A stretch of DNA of 64,000 nucleotides from Alphaproteobacteria bacterium (GCA_017460085.1 JAFUBQ010000007.1:1046-65045); one strand, 5' to 3'; positions 39,952 through 50,551 are shown, numbered from the stretch's first letter. Numbers and translations are program-made. Notes: generated from the sequence alone by a model not told the origin.

Positions 39952-40818
39952 ATGATAAATGCAATTATAACGCAAAAAGATGCGGTTGACGAACTGTATG
40001 AGCGCGGAAAAGTTTGCATAACAGCGCATAAAGAGGCTGATATTGATAAAAAATACCGTCCATATTTAGCCTTGTTTGCTGACGGCACATTTTTAGTAGA
40101 TGAGCGTGCTAAGAACGATATTGTTTTGCAAAATTCAGTGCTGGAATTTTATAAAAATTATCCTTCGCAAAAAAGGTTATTGAAACAATATGTTTCGCCG
40201 CAGCTGCTCAAAGCGGTTTATCATCGCGCGCAAAATTTTGACTGGTATTTGCCGCAATATGACATTCCGACAAATTTAAGCACTGCCGACCGGCAAAAGC
40301 TGCAACATTTTTTAAAACGTATGCTGCAGCGGCAATGTTTGAGCATTACCACACTGACAACGCCGGAGTGGTTTCGCTTTTATTCACCCGATAAAGAAAA
40401 ATTTGCCCTTTTTAGCGGCGGAAGATTTGCAGTGTCGCAAAACAATTTGCAAAAAGATGAACTGCTACGCAATATCAGCACACTATATCCGCAAATTGAA
40501 ATGATTGAAATTGTGCCGGAATATTATATTAATGCCATATACGAAAAACTTTTGTATGTAGAACCAAGCGCGCGTGAAATATATATAGGATTGGTGCAAA
40601 AAAAATTGGCTGAGCGGCTGAAAATAGGTTACAATGAAGCTCTCAAAGTGATGCAAAATCAAACTTACGGATGGCGGAAATTGTTGTTTCTTTCAGAACA
40701 AAACGCGCGCTCTATGATATATAGCGACTATGTTGAAAATTGTTTTATGCGTTCTGATGCAGCCTTTGCCGCACAAATGTTTGCAAAAAAAGATTTTCAT
40801 ATCGGCGTTTTTATGTAG
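39952..40818 (+). CDS. Paralog 3 of the repeat-domain family (two repeats, lacks the first)
   Basis: VCITAHK, YLALFADG, NFDWY, SPDKEKFALFSGG, AREIY..YNEAL..GW. Confidence 0.8.
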   Translation: MINAIITQKDAVDELYERGKVCITAHKEADIDKKYRPYLALFADGTFLVDERAKNDIVLQNSVLEFYKNYPSQKRLLKQYVSPQLLKAVYHRAQNFDWYLPQYDIPTNLSTADRQKLQHFLKRMLQRQCLSITTLTTPEWFRFYSPDKEKFALFSGGRFAVSQNNLQKDELLRNISTLYPQIEMIEIVPEYYINAIYEKLLYVEPSAREIYIGLVQKKLAERLKIGYNEALKVMQNQTYGWRKLLFLSEQNARSMIYSDYVENCFMRSDAAFAAQMFAKKDFHIGVFM

Positions 40819-40932
40819 TTATTGCATAAAAACCCCTAACGGCAACTTTGTAAAAAAGAAAGGATATAAGTTTTTTGCTTGCATTTTGCTGAATTTTATC
40901 AATGTGCGGTTTTGCATTTTGAATGAAAAGAA

Positions 40933-41382
40933 ATGAATAATTTCAATGATGAAGGCATGGGCGTGGCAACCGCGGCTGTGACTTTAAATTCAGATAATTA
41001 TGGCATGGGACGCGATGCTACACGGCAATTGCAAAAAGACTTGCAACAACGGCATCCTTTGGTTTATGGCACATCGGAATTTATCGGTGCGATGACCACG
41101 CCGCTACATTTGGTTAAAGATGCCACTTTTGCCAATAAGGCTTTTAATGCGGCAACCGATACCCTCAATGCTTCAGCCGGATATGCTGAAAATTGGAACG
41201 ATTTCGGAACAAATATGCTGGTGAACGGAATAGCAAATGCAGCAGGATTACAAACCGAATACCTACCAATATTCAGAGCTGCAGGCAGACCTCTTGTTCA
41301 GTGGGGTAAAAAGGCTTTTAAGCAAGGTATAAATTTTTCTGCTGACAAAGCTAAAGATATGTATTATCCTAACGAAGATTAA
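40933..41382 (+). CDS. Hypothetical Ala/Gly/Asn-rich protein, possibly a fragment
   Basis: 149-aa ORF with a weak SD; no family recognised. Confidence 0.55.
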   Translation: MNNFNDEGMGVATAAVTLNSDNYGMGRDATRQLQKDLQQRHPLVYGTSEFIGAMTTPLHLVKDATFANKAFNAATDTLNASAGYAENWNDFGTNMLVNGIANAAGLQTEYLPIFRAAGRPLVQWGKKAFKQGINFSADKAKDMYYPNED

Positions 41383-41404
41383 AAGGTAGCAAAAGGAACA
41401 GAAT

Positions 41405-41752
41405 ATGGAAAAAGAGGTTATACTGATTTTTATCAAAAAAATACTGCTGAAAATTATATACTGGTTTGTATCTTTACTGATTTTGTGTAATGCTTTTATT
41501 ATTTTGGGCTTACATTTAGTTGCGCCTTTTTTTCCAATTCTGTTTTTATTTAATTTTTGTTTTTGGTTGGGACATCCTTTGTTTGTAAAATATGTTTCGA
41601 AAAAAAAGTGGTTTGAATGCACTAAAGATGATTATTTAGCATTAAAATACATTTTATTTCCTTCGTTAATAATGGAAATAATGGTAATAATCTATTATTA
41701 TCCAAAATTAGAACTTGCGATAAATGCTTTTATAGAAATGACCGGCGGATAA
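41405..41752 (+). CDS. Small AT-rich membrane protein
   Basis: Two to three hydrophobic segments; AAGGA SD. Confidence 0.65.
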   Translation: MEKEVILIFIKKILLKIIYWFVSLLILCNAFIILGLHLVAPFFPILFLFNFCFWLGHPLFVKYVSKKKWFECTKDDYLALKYILFPSLIMEIMVIIYYYPKLELAINAFIEMTGG

Positions 41753-41857
41753 TATGAAAAATATGTATTATAATAATAAAGAATAAAACATAGCGTAACG
41801 AAAATACATTTTTATTTTTTTTCCTTGCAATTTATTTTCATTACTTTAATATAATCC

Positions 41858-42005
41858 CTGTCGGCGGGTGTTCTGCCGATGGAGTATCGTCGCTCCTTCT
41901 AAGAAAAACTCCTCTCTAAGGGGAGCCGGCTCAATATATTGAATAAGCCGGACTGAATCTTAGACAGTGACGAACTCCCCTTGCTTTGAGAAAAGCAAGG
42001 TTTTT
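41858..42005 (+). ncRNA. Candidate multi-stem RNA / attenuator ending in an intrinsic terminator
   Basis: Nested stems GGAGT/ACTCC, TCGTCGCT/AGTGACGA and TCTAAGA/TCTTAGA enclose CTCCTC/GGGGAG and CCGGCT/AGCCGG hairpins; terminator CCTTGCTTT/AAAGCAAGG plus T run; G-U pairs favour the + strand. Confidence 0.65.
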
Positions 42006-42044
42006 GTTTTAAATTTTGCAAAAACTTTAAGGGAGTTCTATAAT

Positions 42045-42269
42045 ATGAGTACGAATAATTTAATGAGCAAAGAAATTTTAAAAGATATATGTCCGCAGCT
42101 GAAACAATTGCGGCTTGAGCGCGGTTTAAGCCTTGAAGAAGTGCAGGCATTGGCGCACATCAGCCATAAATTGCTCAGACGGGTTGAACAAAATAAATGC
42201 CTGCCTTTCAGTTGCCTGAGAAAATTGCTTGATTTTTATGGTAAAAAAGTAAAAATTTCGCTGGAGTGA
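42045..42269 (+). CDS. Small XRE-like helix-turn-helix protein
   Basis: LKQLRLERGLSLEEV...LRRVEQ pattern; AAGGGAG SD. Confidence 0.75.
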   Translation: MSTNNLMSKEILKDICPQLKQLRLERGLSLEEVQALAHISHKLLRRVEQNKCLPFSCLRKLLDFYGKKVKISLE

Positions 42270-42397
42270 TAATACCTTTTTTTATAACGCTGTTAATTTT
42301 TTTTATTTTGCGTTTTTTTATCGTTCTTAAAAATAGGGTTGCAATTTTTTTTTATTTCGGCTACACATTGATAAGCAAAATTTGGAGAATAAAAAAA

Positions 42398-43036
42398 ATG
42401 AATACATTATTAATTTGCGCCCTAGGCGGCTATTTAGCGGGTTCAATTCCGTTCGGCTTGGTGTTATGCTATCTTTTCGGATATGGCGACATTCGCAAAA
42501 TCGGCTCCGGCAACATCGGCGCCACCAATGTTTTACGCACCGGTAACAAATGGCTGGCTTTGCTTACGGTAATTTTAGATGCCTTAAAAGCCGGTTTGGC
42601 GGCCTATGCGGCTTATAAAATAGTTCCGGCAACACCGGTTATGCACTTGTGGGGGCTGAATGCACCGCTCAACACGGTTGCATCGCTTATTGCCGGCACT
42701 TGCGGTGTGTTGGGGCACAATTTTCCGATTTGGCTCAAATTTAAAGGCGGGAAAGGTGTTGCTTCAGCCTTTGGTTTCATTTTATTAACTCAGCCGGCTG
42801 TGGCTTTAGTGGCTTTTTTCATTTGGCTGGTTATGGCGTTTGCTTTTCGCTATTCATCATTTGCGGCCATTACGGCTGCAGCGGCAATGCCGTTGATTGC
42901 TTATCTGATGTGTCCGCCGATATATGCCGTGTTTTATAGTGCGCTTGCTTTGCTGGTTGTTGTGCGCCATCATGCCAATATCAAACGCTTGCTTAACGGT
43001 CAGGAAAGCAAAATCAGCTTTAAGAAAAAAGGCTAA
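42398..43036 (+). CDS. plsY: Glycerol-3-phosphate acyltransferase
   Basis: YLAGSIPFG, DIRKIGSGNIGATNVLR, GHNFPIWLKFKGGKGVA, RHHANIKRL. Confidence 0.96.
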   Translation: MNTLLICALGGYLAGSIPFGLVLCYLFGYGDIRKIGSGNIGATNVLRTGNKWLALLTVILDALKAGLAAYAAYKIVPATPVMHLWGLNAPLNTVASLIAGTCGVLGHNFPIWLKFKGGKGVASAFGFILLTQPAVALVAFFIWLVMAFAFRYSSFAAITAAAAMPLIAYLMCPPIYAVFYSALALLVVVRHHANIKRLLNGQESKISFKKKG

Positions 43037-43044
43037 AACACTTA

Positions 43045-44166
43045 ATGTCCGATTTAATTGAAATATTGCAAATCATTAGCACAGACGGCATCGGTCCGGT
43101 AACATTTTATAATGCGCTTAAAAAAGGCGGCAGTGTGGCAGAGGCTATGAACATTATTGCCGCTAAAAAAACGGTTTACAGCCGCTCTCAGGCGGAAGAT
43201 ATTGTGGCGCAAGCACAAAAAATCGGCGTAAAACTGATAACTTATCAGGATAAAGAATATCCCGAAGGCTTAAAACAAATTAACGATGCTCCGCCGATTA
43301 TATATGCGCTGGGCAATATAGATTTATTGCATCATCCGGCGGCGGTGGCAATTGTTGGAGCGCGCAATGCTTCCATTGCCGGCCGCAAAATGGCCTCGCG
43401 CATTGCATATGACTTAACGGAACGCGATGTTTTGGTGGTTTCAGGTATGGCACGCGGTATAGATTGCGCGGCGCATAAAGGCGCATTATATGCCAAAAAC
43501 CGCCGCGGACCGACTATTGCCGTTTTAGGCACCGGCGTTGATGAAATTTATCCGCCGGAAAACGCTGATATTTATCATCAAATTGCTGAGCAAGGCTTGC
43601 TTATAAGCGAATTTACGCTCGGTTTGGCGGCGCAAATGTCTAATTTTCCGCGCCGCAACAGGCTGATTGCCGCTTTAACCGCCGGCACATTGGTTGTGGA
43701 AGCATCTTTGCATTCGGGCTCTCTGATTACCGCTAAATTGGCGGCTGAACATGGCAAAGAAGTTTTTGCCGTTCCCGGCTCCCCAATAGAAAGCCGTGCT
43801 GCCGGTCCGAATTATTTGATAAAACAAGGTGCATTATTAACAGAAAACGCCGATGATATACTTAATACATTAAGTATAACCCAAAATCGGCAAATAAAAA
43901 ATTATCAGCTTGAGTTGATAGGTCTTGACAAACCGCAAAATAAGGCAAATATTTCAGAACATAAAATTGTGGAGCCGGCAATAGTTAAATCACCAACCGA
44001 AAAAGTTCCTCTTTTAGAACTGATTAGTTATGAAGGTGTTGACATTGACGAGCTTCTGCGCAGCAGCGGTTTGGAGCAGGCCGATTTCTTTATGCAAATT
44101 TTAGATTTGGAATTCGGCGGCAAAATTGAGCGACAGGCCGGTAACAAAGTGGCGCGGATAAAATAG
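43045..44166 (+). CDS. dprA: DNA processing protein DprA
   Basis: AIVGARNAS, VSGMARGID..AH, NFPRRNRLI, SGSLITA, EVFAVPG. Confidence 0.96.
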   Translation: MSDLIEILQIISTDGIGPVTFYNALKKGGSVAEAMNIIAAKKTVYSRSQAEDIVAQAQKIGVKLITYQDKEYPEGLKQINDAPPIIYALGNIDLLHHPAAVAIVGARNASIAGRKMASRIAYDLTERDVLVVSGMARGIDCAAHKGALYAKNRRGPTIAVLGTGVDEIYPPENADIYHQIAEQGLLISEFTLGLAAQMSNFPRRNRLIAALTAGTLVVEASLHSGSLITAKLAAEHGKEVFAVPGSPIESRAAGPNYLIKQGALLTENADDILNTLSITQNRQIKNYQLELIGLDKPQNKANISEHKIVEPAIVKSPTEKVPLLELISYEGVDIDELLRSSGLEQADFFMQILDLEFGGKIERQAGNKVARIK

Positions 44167-44177
44167 GGAATAAAAAA

Positions 44178-46643
44178 ATGAAATTAGTGGTTGTGGAATC
44201 TCCGGCGAAAGCCAAAACAATTAATAAATATCTCGGCAGTGATTATAAGGTGCTGGCCAGCTACGGACATATCAGAGATTTGCCGAGCAAAGACGGCTCG
44301 GTTGACCCTGATAAAGATTTTGCCATGCAGTGGGAATTCAGCGGCGGCGGACGTAAACGTTTGAATGATATTATAACTGCGCTTAAAGACTGCGACACGC
44401 TTATTCTCGCCTCCGACCCAGATAGAGAAGGAGAAGCTATTGCGTGGCACATTTTAGAAGAATTAAAAGATAAGAAAAAGCTCGACGGCAAAAAAATTGA
44501 GCGTGTTGTTTTTCACGAAATTACCAAATCGGCCGTTAAAGAAGGAATAGAAAATCCGCGGCAAATTGACCAAGATTTGGTTTCTGCCTATATGGCACGC
44601 CGCGCTTTGGACTATTTAGTTGGTTTTACGCTTTCGCCGGTTTTGTGGCGCAAACTTCCGGGGTCTAAGTCGGCAGGGCGCGTGCAGTCGGTGGCTTTGC
44701 GGCTTATCTGTGAACGTGAAAACGAAATTGAAAAGTTCAAACCGGAAGAATATTGGACCATAGATGTTGATTTAATTACCGCGCATCAGGCGCAAATGAC
44801 CACGCATCTTATCAATTTAGACGGTAAAAAGCTTGCTAAATTTACGCTGAACACAGAAGAAAAAGCTCTTGCTGCCAAAGCTAAGATAGAAGCTGAGGAT
44901 TTTCACATTGCAAACGTTGAGCGCAAAAAAGCTAGCCGCTATCCGGCACCGCCGTTCACAACCTCTACCTTGCAACAAGAGGCTTCGCGCAAATTGCGCT
45001 TTTCGGCCAAAAAGACCATGCAGGTGGCACAAAAACTTTATGAAGACGGTTTCATTACCTATATGCGTACCGATGCCGTTAATCTTTCTCAAGATGCCAT
45101 CAAGGCTTGCCGTGAAGCTATTGAAAAATATTTTGGTGCGCCGTATTTACCGAAAACACCGAAAGAATATAAAAATAAAACCAAAAATGCTCAAGAAGCG
45201 CACGAGGCTATTCGTCCGTCAGATGTGATGAACACACCGAAAAAAATGGAAACTAAGCTGGATAATGATGCATATCGCTTATATGAGCTGATATGGAAGC
45301 GCACGGTTGCCTGCCAGATGAATCCGGCAATTTTGGACCGTGTGGTAGTTGATGCAGCTTCAAGCGATGATAAAATTTTGCTGCGCGCCACCGGACAAGT
45401 TATTCAGTTTGACGGTTTTTTACGGCTCTATCAAGAAGGCAAAGATGACAGCGATGAAGATGATGATAACATCATTCTGCCAAATGTTGAAACCGGTGAA
45501 AATGTGACTAAGGGTGAAATTAAGCCAGCACAACATTTCACCACGCCGCCGCCGCGCTTCACCGAAGCCAGTTTGGTAAAACGGTTGGAAGAACTGGGTA
45601 TCGGCCGTCCTTCGACTTATGCTAATATTATTGCGGTTTTGCAAGAACGTAAATATGTTAAAGTAGATAAAATGCGTTTTATTCCAGAAGACCGCGGCCG
45701 TATTGTGACAGTGTTTTTGGAGAATTTCTTCAAAAAATATGTGGAATATGATTTTACGGCGCAACTGGAAGAATATCTTGATGATATTTCTGCCGGTAAT
45801 ATGGAATGGAAAAAGCTGCTCGGCGGTTTTTGGGCAAAGTTTATTAAAACGGTGGAAGATGTTCAGCCTCTGCAGGTTGCCGAAGTAATTGACCGCATAG
45901 ACGCTGCTCTTTCAACACACCTGTTTCCGCCGCGCGAAGATGGTTCTGACCCGCGCTCTTGTCCGGTTTGCGGTAAAGGGCATTTAAGCATCAAATTCGG
46001 ACGATTCGGAGCATTTATCGGTTGCTCGAATTATCCAACCTGTAATTATACCAAGCAGCTGGCCGATATTAAAGATGAAGAACAGGAAGCAACCGAAAAG
46101 GCTGAAACCCGCATTACAAAGAATGAAGACAAAATACTGGGGCAAATGAGCGGCGCAAACATATATTTGAAAAAAGGGCCATACGGACACTATGTTCAGC
46201 TGGGTGAAGATGCTACAGCCACCACCGAAAAGCCGAAACGCAGCTCGCTGCCGAAGTTTGTTAAACCGGAAGAATTAACGTTAGAGCAAGCGCAAATTCT
46301 TTTAAGTCTGCCGCGCGTTTTAGAAAACGGCATAGAGGTCAATATTGGCAAATTCGGCCAATATTTGAAACAAGGCGCAAAATCGCGTTCGCTTACCGGT
46401 GATGACAATATTTTCAATATTACTGCCGAGCGCGCTGCCGAACTGCTGCAAAATGCGGTAGCTAAAGCCGAGCCAAAGCTTTTAGGCAAACATCCTAAAA
46501 GCGGCGAAGCAATTTATTTAAGCAAAGGGCGCTATGGCATGTATCTTAAATGCGGCAAAAATAATTATGCCATTCCAAAGGGTTATGCGCCAAGCAGCCT
46601 AACCGAAGAAGATGCCGTAAAAATTGTGACGGCAAAAAAATAG
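44178..46643 (+). CDS. topA: DNA topoisomerase I
   Basis: VVESPAKAKTI, ASDPDREGEAI, SAGRVQS, ITYMRTD, GIGRPSTYA, one Zn ribbon and C-terminal repeats. Confidence 0.98.
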   Translation: MKLVVVESPAKAKTINKYLGSDYKVLASYGHIRDLPSKDGSVDPDKDFAMQWEFSGGGRKRLNDIITALKDCDTLILASDPDREGEAIAWHILEELKDKKKLDGKKIERVVFHEITKSAVKEGIENPRQIDQDLVSAYMARRALDYLVGFTLSPVLWRKLPGSKSAGRVQSVALRLICERENEIEKFKPEEYWTIDVDLITAHQAQMTTHLINLDGKKLAKFTLNTEEKALAAKAKIEAEDFHIANVERKKASRYPAPPFTTSTLQQEASRKLRFSAKKTMQVAQKLYEDGFITYMRTDAVNLSQDAIKACREAIEKYFGAPYLPKTPKEYKNKTKNAQEAHEAIRPSDVMNTPKKMETKLDNDAYRLYELIWKRTVACQMNPAILDRVVVDAASSDDKILLRATGQVIQFDGFLRLYQEGKDDSDEDDDNIILPNVETGENVTKGEIKPAQHFTTPPPRFTEASLVKRLEELGIGRPSTYANIIAVLQERKYVKVDKMRFIPEDRGRIVTVFLENFFKKYVEYDFTAQLEEYLDDISAGNMEWKKLLGGFWAKFIKTVEDVQPLQVAEVIDRIDAALSTHLFPPREDGSDPRSCPVCGKGHLSIKFGRFGAFIGCSNYPTCNYTKQLADIKDEEQEATEKAETRITKNEDKILGQMSGANIYLKKGPYGHYVQLGEDATATTEKPKRSSLPKFVKPEELTLEQAQILLSLPRVLENGIEVNIGKFGQYLKQGAKSRSLTGDDNIFNITAERAAELLQNAVAKAEPKLLGKHPKSGEAIYLSKGRYGMYLKCGKNNYAIPKGYAPSSLTEEDAVKIVTAKK

Positions 46644-46725
46644 TCGGCATTTTATAAAAATTGCTTGCAAAATGATAATGATGTGTATATACAAAAAACA
46701 ACGTAATAAATTTTGAGGTTTATGT

Positions 46726-46947
46726 ATGAGTAAAGAAGAATTGCTGGAATTAACCGGCGAAGTGATTGAAAAATTGCCGAATGCCATGTTTAGAGTGCGC
46801 TTGGAAAACGGGGTGGAAATTTTGGCGCATACCGCCGGAAAAATGCGCAAGTTTCGCATTCGCGTTATGGTGGGTGATAAGGTGGATATTGAAATGACTC
46901 CTTATGACTTAACCAAAGGGCGCATCACCTTCCGCCATAAGGATTAA
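46726..46947 (+). CDS. infA: Translation initiation factor IF-1
   Basis: [34 protein letters not shown]. Confidence 0.98.
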   Translation: MSKEELLELTGEVIEKLPNAMFRVRLENGVEILAHTAGKMRKFRIRVMVGDKVDIEMTPYDLTKGRITFRHKD

Positions 46948-47098
46948 TTTTACATCATATAAAAAACAAGTTATTTAAATGTTGCAACCATATTATGTTG
47001 CGGCATTTTTTTGTGTTTGATGTGTGCTGATAAAAAAAAGGACTTTTCGCAGTAAAACATTGCCGGAAAAGTCCTTAAATTATTTCTGAAGAAATATA

Positions 47099-49009
47099 CT
47101 ATTTAACTTCTTCGTAGTCGGCATCAACCACATTATCGTCTTTCGGAGCTTCGCTTGATGCACCGGCATCAGCACCTTGTCCGGCACCGGCAGCGCCTTG
47201 AGCTTGCTGAGCTTTATACATTGCCTCGCCAAGCTTCATTGAAGCCTGCATCAAAGCATCTGTTTTAGATTTAATATCAGCCAAATCATCTTTTTCCAAG
47301 CTTGATTTAACGGCATCAACAGCTGTGGTAATATTGCTCTTTTCCGCATCAGAAACTTTATCGCCGAATTCTTTAAGATTCTTTTCAACTTCGTGAACCA
47401 AACCTTCAGCGTGGTTTTTAGCTTCAACTAACTCTTTTTTCTGCTTATCGGCTTCGGCATTGGCTTCGGCATCTTTCACCATTTTATTGATTTCATCTTC
47501 GCTCAAGCCGCCGGAAGCCTGAATGCGAATAGCTTGCTCTTTGTTAGTAGCCTTATCTTTTGCTGAAACATTAACAATGCCGTTGGCATCAATATCAAAA
47601 GTTACTTCAATTTGCGGCATACCGCGCGGTGCCGGCGGAATACCAACCAAATCAAACTGTCCAAGCAATTTGTTGTGTGCGGCAATTTCACGTTCACCTT
47701 GGAACACACGAATGGTTACTGCGGTTTGTCCGTCTTCGGCAGTTGAGAACACTTGACTCTTGCGTGTCGGAATTGTGGTATTGCGGTCAATTAAGCGTGT
47801 AAACACACCGCCCAATGTTTCAATACCGAGTGAAAGCGGAGTAACATCAAGCAGCAACACATCTTTAACATCCCCCATCAGCACACCGCCTTGAATGGAA
47901 GCACCAACAGCCACCACTTCATCAGGGTTAACACCTTTGTGCGGTTCTTTGCCGAAAATTTCTTTTACTTTTTCTTGAACTTTCGGCATACGCGTCATAC
48001 CGCCGACCAAAATAACTTCGCTGATGTCGCTCGGTTTTAAGCCGGCATCTGCCAACGCTTTTTGACACGGACCGGCGGTTTTTTCAATTAAATCTTCAAC
48101 GAGTGATTCCAACTTAGCACGTGTCATCTTAATGTTTAAGTGTTTCGGACCAGTGGCATCAGCCGTGATAAACGGCAAATTGATTTCTGTTTGCGTGGTT
48201 GAAGAAAGCTCAATTTTGGCTTTTTCCGCTGCCTCTTTCAAACGTTGCAAAGCTAGTCTGTCTGTGCGCAAATCAATACCCTGCTCTTTTTTGAATTCAT
48301 CTGCTAAATAGTTAACAATGCGTTGGTCAAAGTCTTCACCGCCCAAGAATGTATCACCATTGGTGGCCTTAACTTCAAACACTCCGTCACCGATTTCCAA
48401 AATAGAAACATCGAACGTACCGCCGCCCAAGTCATAAACAACAATGGTACCGGAAGCTTTTTTATCCATTCCGTAAGCCAAAGCTGCAGCCGTAGGTTCG
48501 TTGATAATACGCAAAACTTCCAAACCGGCAATTTTACCGGCATCTTTGGTTGCCTGACGTTGCGAGTCGTTAAAATATGCCGGCACGGTAATGACGGCTT
48601 TTTCAACTTTTTCACCTAAATAGCTTTCGGCATATTCCTTAATTTTTTGCAACACAATAGCTGAAATTTGTGATGGAGCATATTTATCGCCTTTTGCTTC
48701 AACCCAAGCATCGCCGTTTTCACCGGAAATAATTTTAAACGGCGAATGTTCTTTAAATTTTTTCACTTCTTCCGAATCATAACGACGACCAATTAAACGT
48801 TTAATGGCGAACAATGTGTTTTCCGGATTGGTCACAGCCTGACGCTTTGCTGGATATCCGACCAAACGCTCCGTATCCGTAAATGCCACCATTGATGGCG
48901 TTGTGCGTGCGCCTTCCGAATTTTCCAACACTTTTGCTTCTTTTCCTTCCATAACGGCAAAGCAAGAGTTTGTTGTTCCTAAATCAATACCAATAACTTT
49001 ATTACTCAT
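47099..49009 (-). CDS. dnaK: Chaperone DnaK
   Basis: [39 protein letters not shown]-terminal DADYEEV; true start MSNK with a GGAGG SD. Confidence 0.98.
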   Translation of the reverse strand: MSNKVIGIDLGTTNSCFAVMEGKEAKVLENSEGARTTPSMVAFTDTERLVGYPAKRQAVTNPENTLFAIKRLIGRRYDSEEVKKFKEHSPFKIISGENGDAWVEAKGDKYAPSQISAIVLQKIKEYAESYLGEKVEKAVITVPAYFNDSQRQATKDAGKIAGLEVLRIINEPTAAALAYGMDKKASGTIVVYDLGGGTFDVSILEIGDGVFEVKATNGDTFLGGEDFDQRIVNYLADEFKKEQGIDLRTDRLALQRLKEAAEKAKIELSSTTQTEINLPFITADATGPKHLNIKMTRAKLESLVEDLIEKTAGPCQKALADAGLKPSDISEVILVGGMTRMPKVQEKVKEIFGKEPHKGVNPDEVVAVGASIQGGVLMGDVKDVLLLDVTPLSLGIETLGGVFTRLIDRNTTIPTRKSQVFSTAEDGQTAVTIRVFQGEREIAAHNKLLGQFDLVGIPPAPRGMPQIEVTFDIDANGIVNVSAKDKATNKEQAIRIQASGGLSEDEINKMVKDAEANAEADKQKKELVEAKNHAEGLVHEVEKNLKEFGDKVSDAEKSNITTAVDAVKSSLEKDDLADIKSKTDALMQASMKLGEAMYKAQQAQGAAGAGQGADAGASSEAPKDDNVVDADYEEVK

Positions 49010-49224
49010 AATTTTAATCCTCCAAAAATCATTTCTAAAGCTGTATATAGGATGCTGATTTTTGTTCTGCAAGAGTTTGAATAATTTTTTTGCATTTTTT
49101 CGGAATAAATTATCAATTTGTTTGTCTGGCGGTGGATATTTTTTGTGTTTTAAGACAGATTGATTGACAATATAATATTTTATTTTATGATGTAGCAAAT
49201 GAATTATTTGAAAGGATGTAAACT

Positions 49225-50550
49225 ATGAAAATAGGTATTATCGGAACAGGATATGTTGGTTTACCAACTGGTGTCGGGTTTTCTGAATTAGGTAATACGG
49301 TTGTTTGCACCGATAAAATAAAAGAAAAAATTGACGATTTGAAATCCGGTAAACTTACCATATATGAAGACGGGTTATATGATTTGTTTATTAAAAATGT
49401 GCAAAACGGCCGTTTAAGCTTCACTACTAATATGCGAAAAGCCGTGTCTGATGCCGATATTGTATTTTTGGCGGTTGGAACCCCGCCACACCCGCTAACC
49501 TACGAAGCAGACTTAAAATACATTTATGCTGCCGCCGTTGAACTGGCCGACTACTTAACCGACTATACCGTAATTGCAGTTAAATCCACTGTTCCTGTCG
49601 GGACCGGTGATAATATAGAACAACTTATCCGTAACAAAAATCCGGCAGCACGTTTTGATGTGATTTCCGTTCCTGAATTTTTACGCGAAGGGTTTGCTAT
49701 TCATGATTTTTTTAATCCGGACCGCGTTGTTATCGGTACTAATTCGCAAAAGGCCTTGAACATAATAAAAAAATTATATCTGCCGTTTGCCGATAAAACC
49801 AAAATGCTTTATGTAACACGGCGTTCAAGTGAAACTATAAAATATGCTTCCAATGCCTTTTTGGCTATGAAAATTCACTATATTAACGAAATGGCAGATT
49901 TTTGTGAAAAAGCCGGAGCCGATGTGCGCGAAGTTGCAGCAGGAATGGGATTAGATGCCAGAATCGGCAATCGTTTTCTTAATGCTGGACTGGGATTCGG
50001 TGGCAGCTGCTTCCCTAAAGATACTATGGCAATGGCCTATATGGCACGAGCGGTAGGCGCACCGATAGAATTAATTGAAACAACCATATCCGGAAACAAA
50101 AAACGCAAACAAAAAATGGCAAATCGAATTTTAGAGGCAATTGCGGATATTAAGCAAGCCAAAATTGCCATTTGGGGTTTGGCATTTAAGGACGGCACTG
50201 ATGATTGTCGTCAAAGTCCTGCAATAGAAGTAATTGAAGAACTACTGAAGCATAATGCCAATATTACAGCTTTTGACCCGAAGGCAATGGGAACAGCATG
50301 TCAGATTTTGGGAAATAAAGTCAGCTATGCCGATGATATGTATCAAGCCGCCAAAGATGCAGATGTTTTGGTTATATTGACTGAATGGAAACAATTTTCT
50401 GCTGCTGATCTTGAGATGTTATCACAGCTTATGAAGCAACAAAAAATTCTTGATTTCCGCAATATGCTGAATGCCAAAGAAGCCATAAAGGCCGGATTTG
50501 AATATCAATGCATCGGTCGATGCTTTGCAAATAATCAGAAGGAAAAATAA
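49225..50550 (+). CDS. ugd: UDP-glucose 6-dehydrogenase
   Basis: GTGYVG, KSTVPVGT, PEFLREG, KYASNAFLA, GFGGSCFPKD. Confidence 0.95.
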   Translation: MKIGIIGTGYVGLPTGVGFSELGNTVVCTDKIKEKIDDLKSGKLTIYEDGLYDLFIKNVQNGRLSFTTNMRKAVSDADIVFLAVGTPPHPLTYEADLKYIYAAAVELADYLTDYTVIAVKSTVPVGTGDNIEQLIRNKNPAARFDVISVPEFLREGFAIHDFFNPDRVVIGTNSQKALNIIKKLYLPFADKTKMLYVTRRSSETIKYASNAFLAMKIHYINEMADFCEKAGADVREVAAGMGLDARIGNRFLNAGLGFGGSCFPKDTMAMAYMARAVGAPIELIETTISGNKKRKQKMANRILEAIADIKQAKIAIWGLAFKDGTDDCRQSPAIEVIEELLKHNANITAFDPKAMGTACQILGNKVSYADDMYQAAKDADVLVILTEWKQFSAADLEMLSQLMKQQKILDFRNMLNAKEAIKAGFEYQCIGRCFANNQKEK

Positions 50551-50551
50551 A

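Noticed and set aside
49010-49198. 63-aa N-terminal extension of DnaK
   Set aside because: The canonical start MSNKVIGID has a GGAGG SD at 49009; the extension covers the divergent promoter region.
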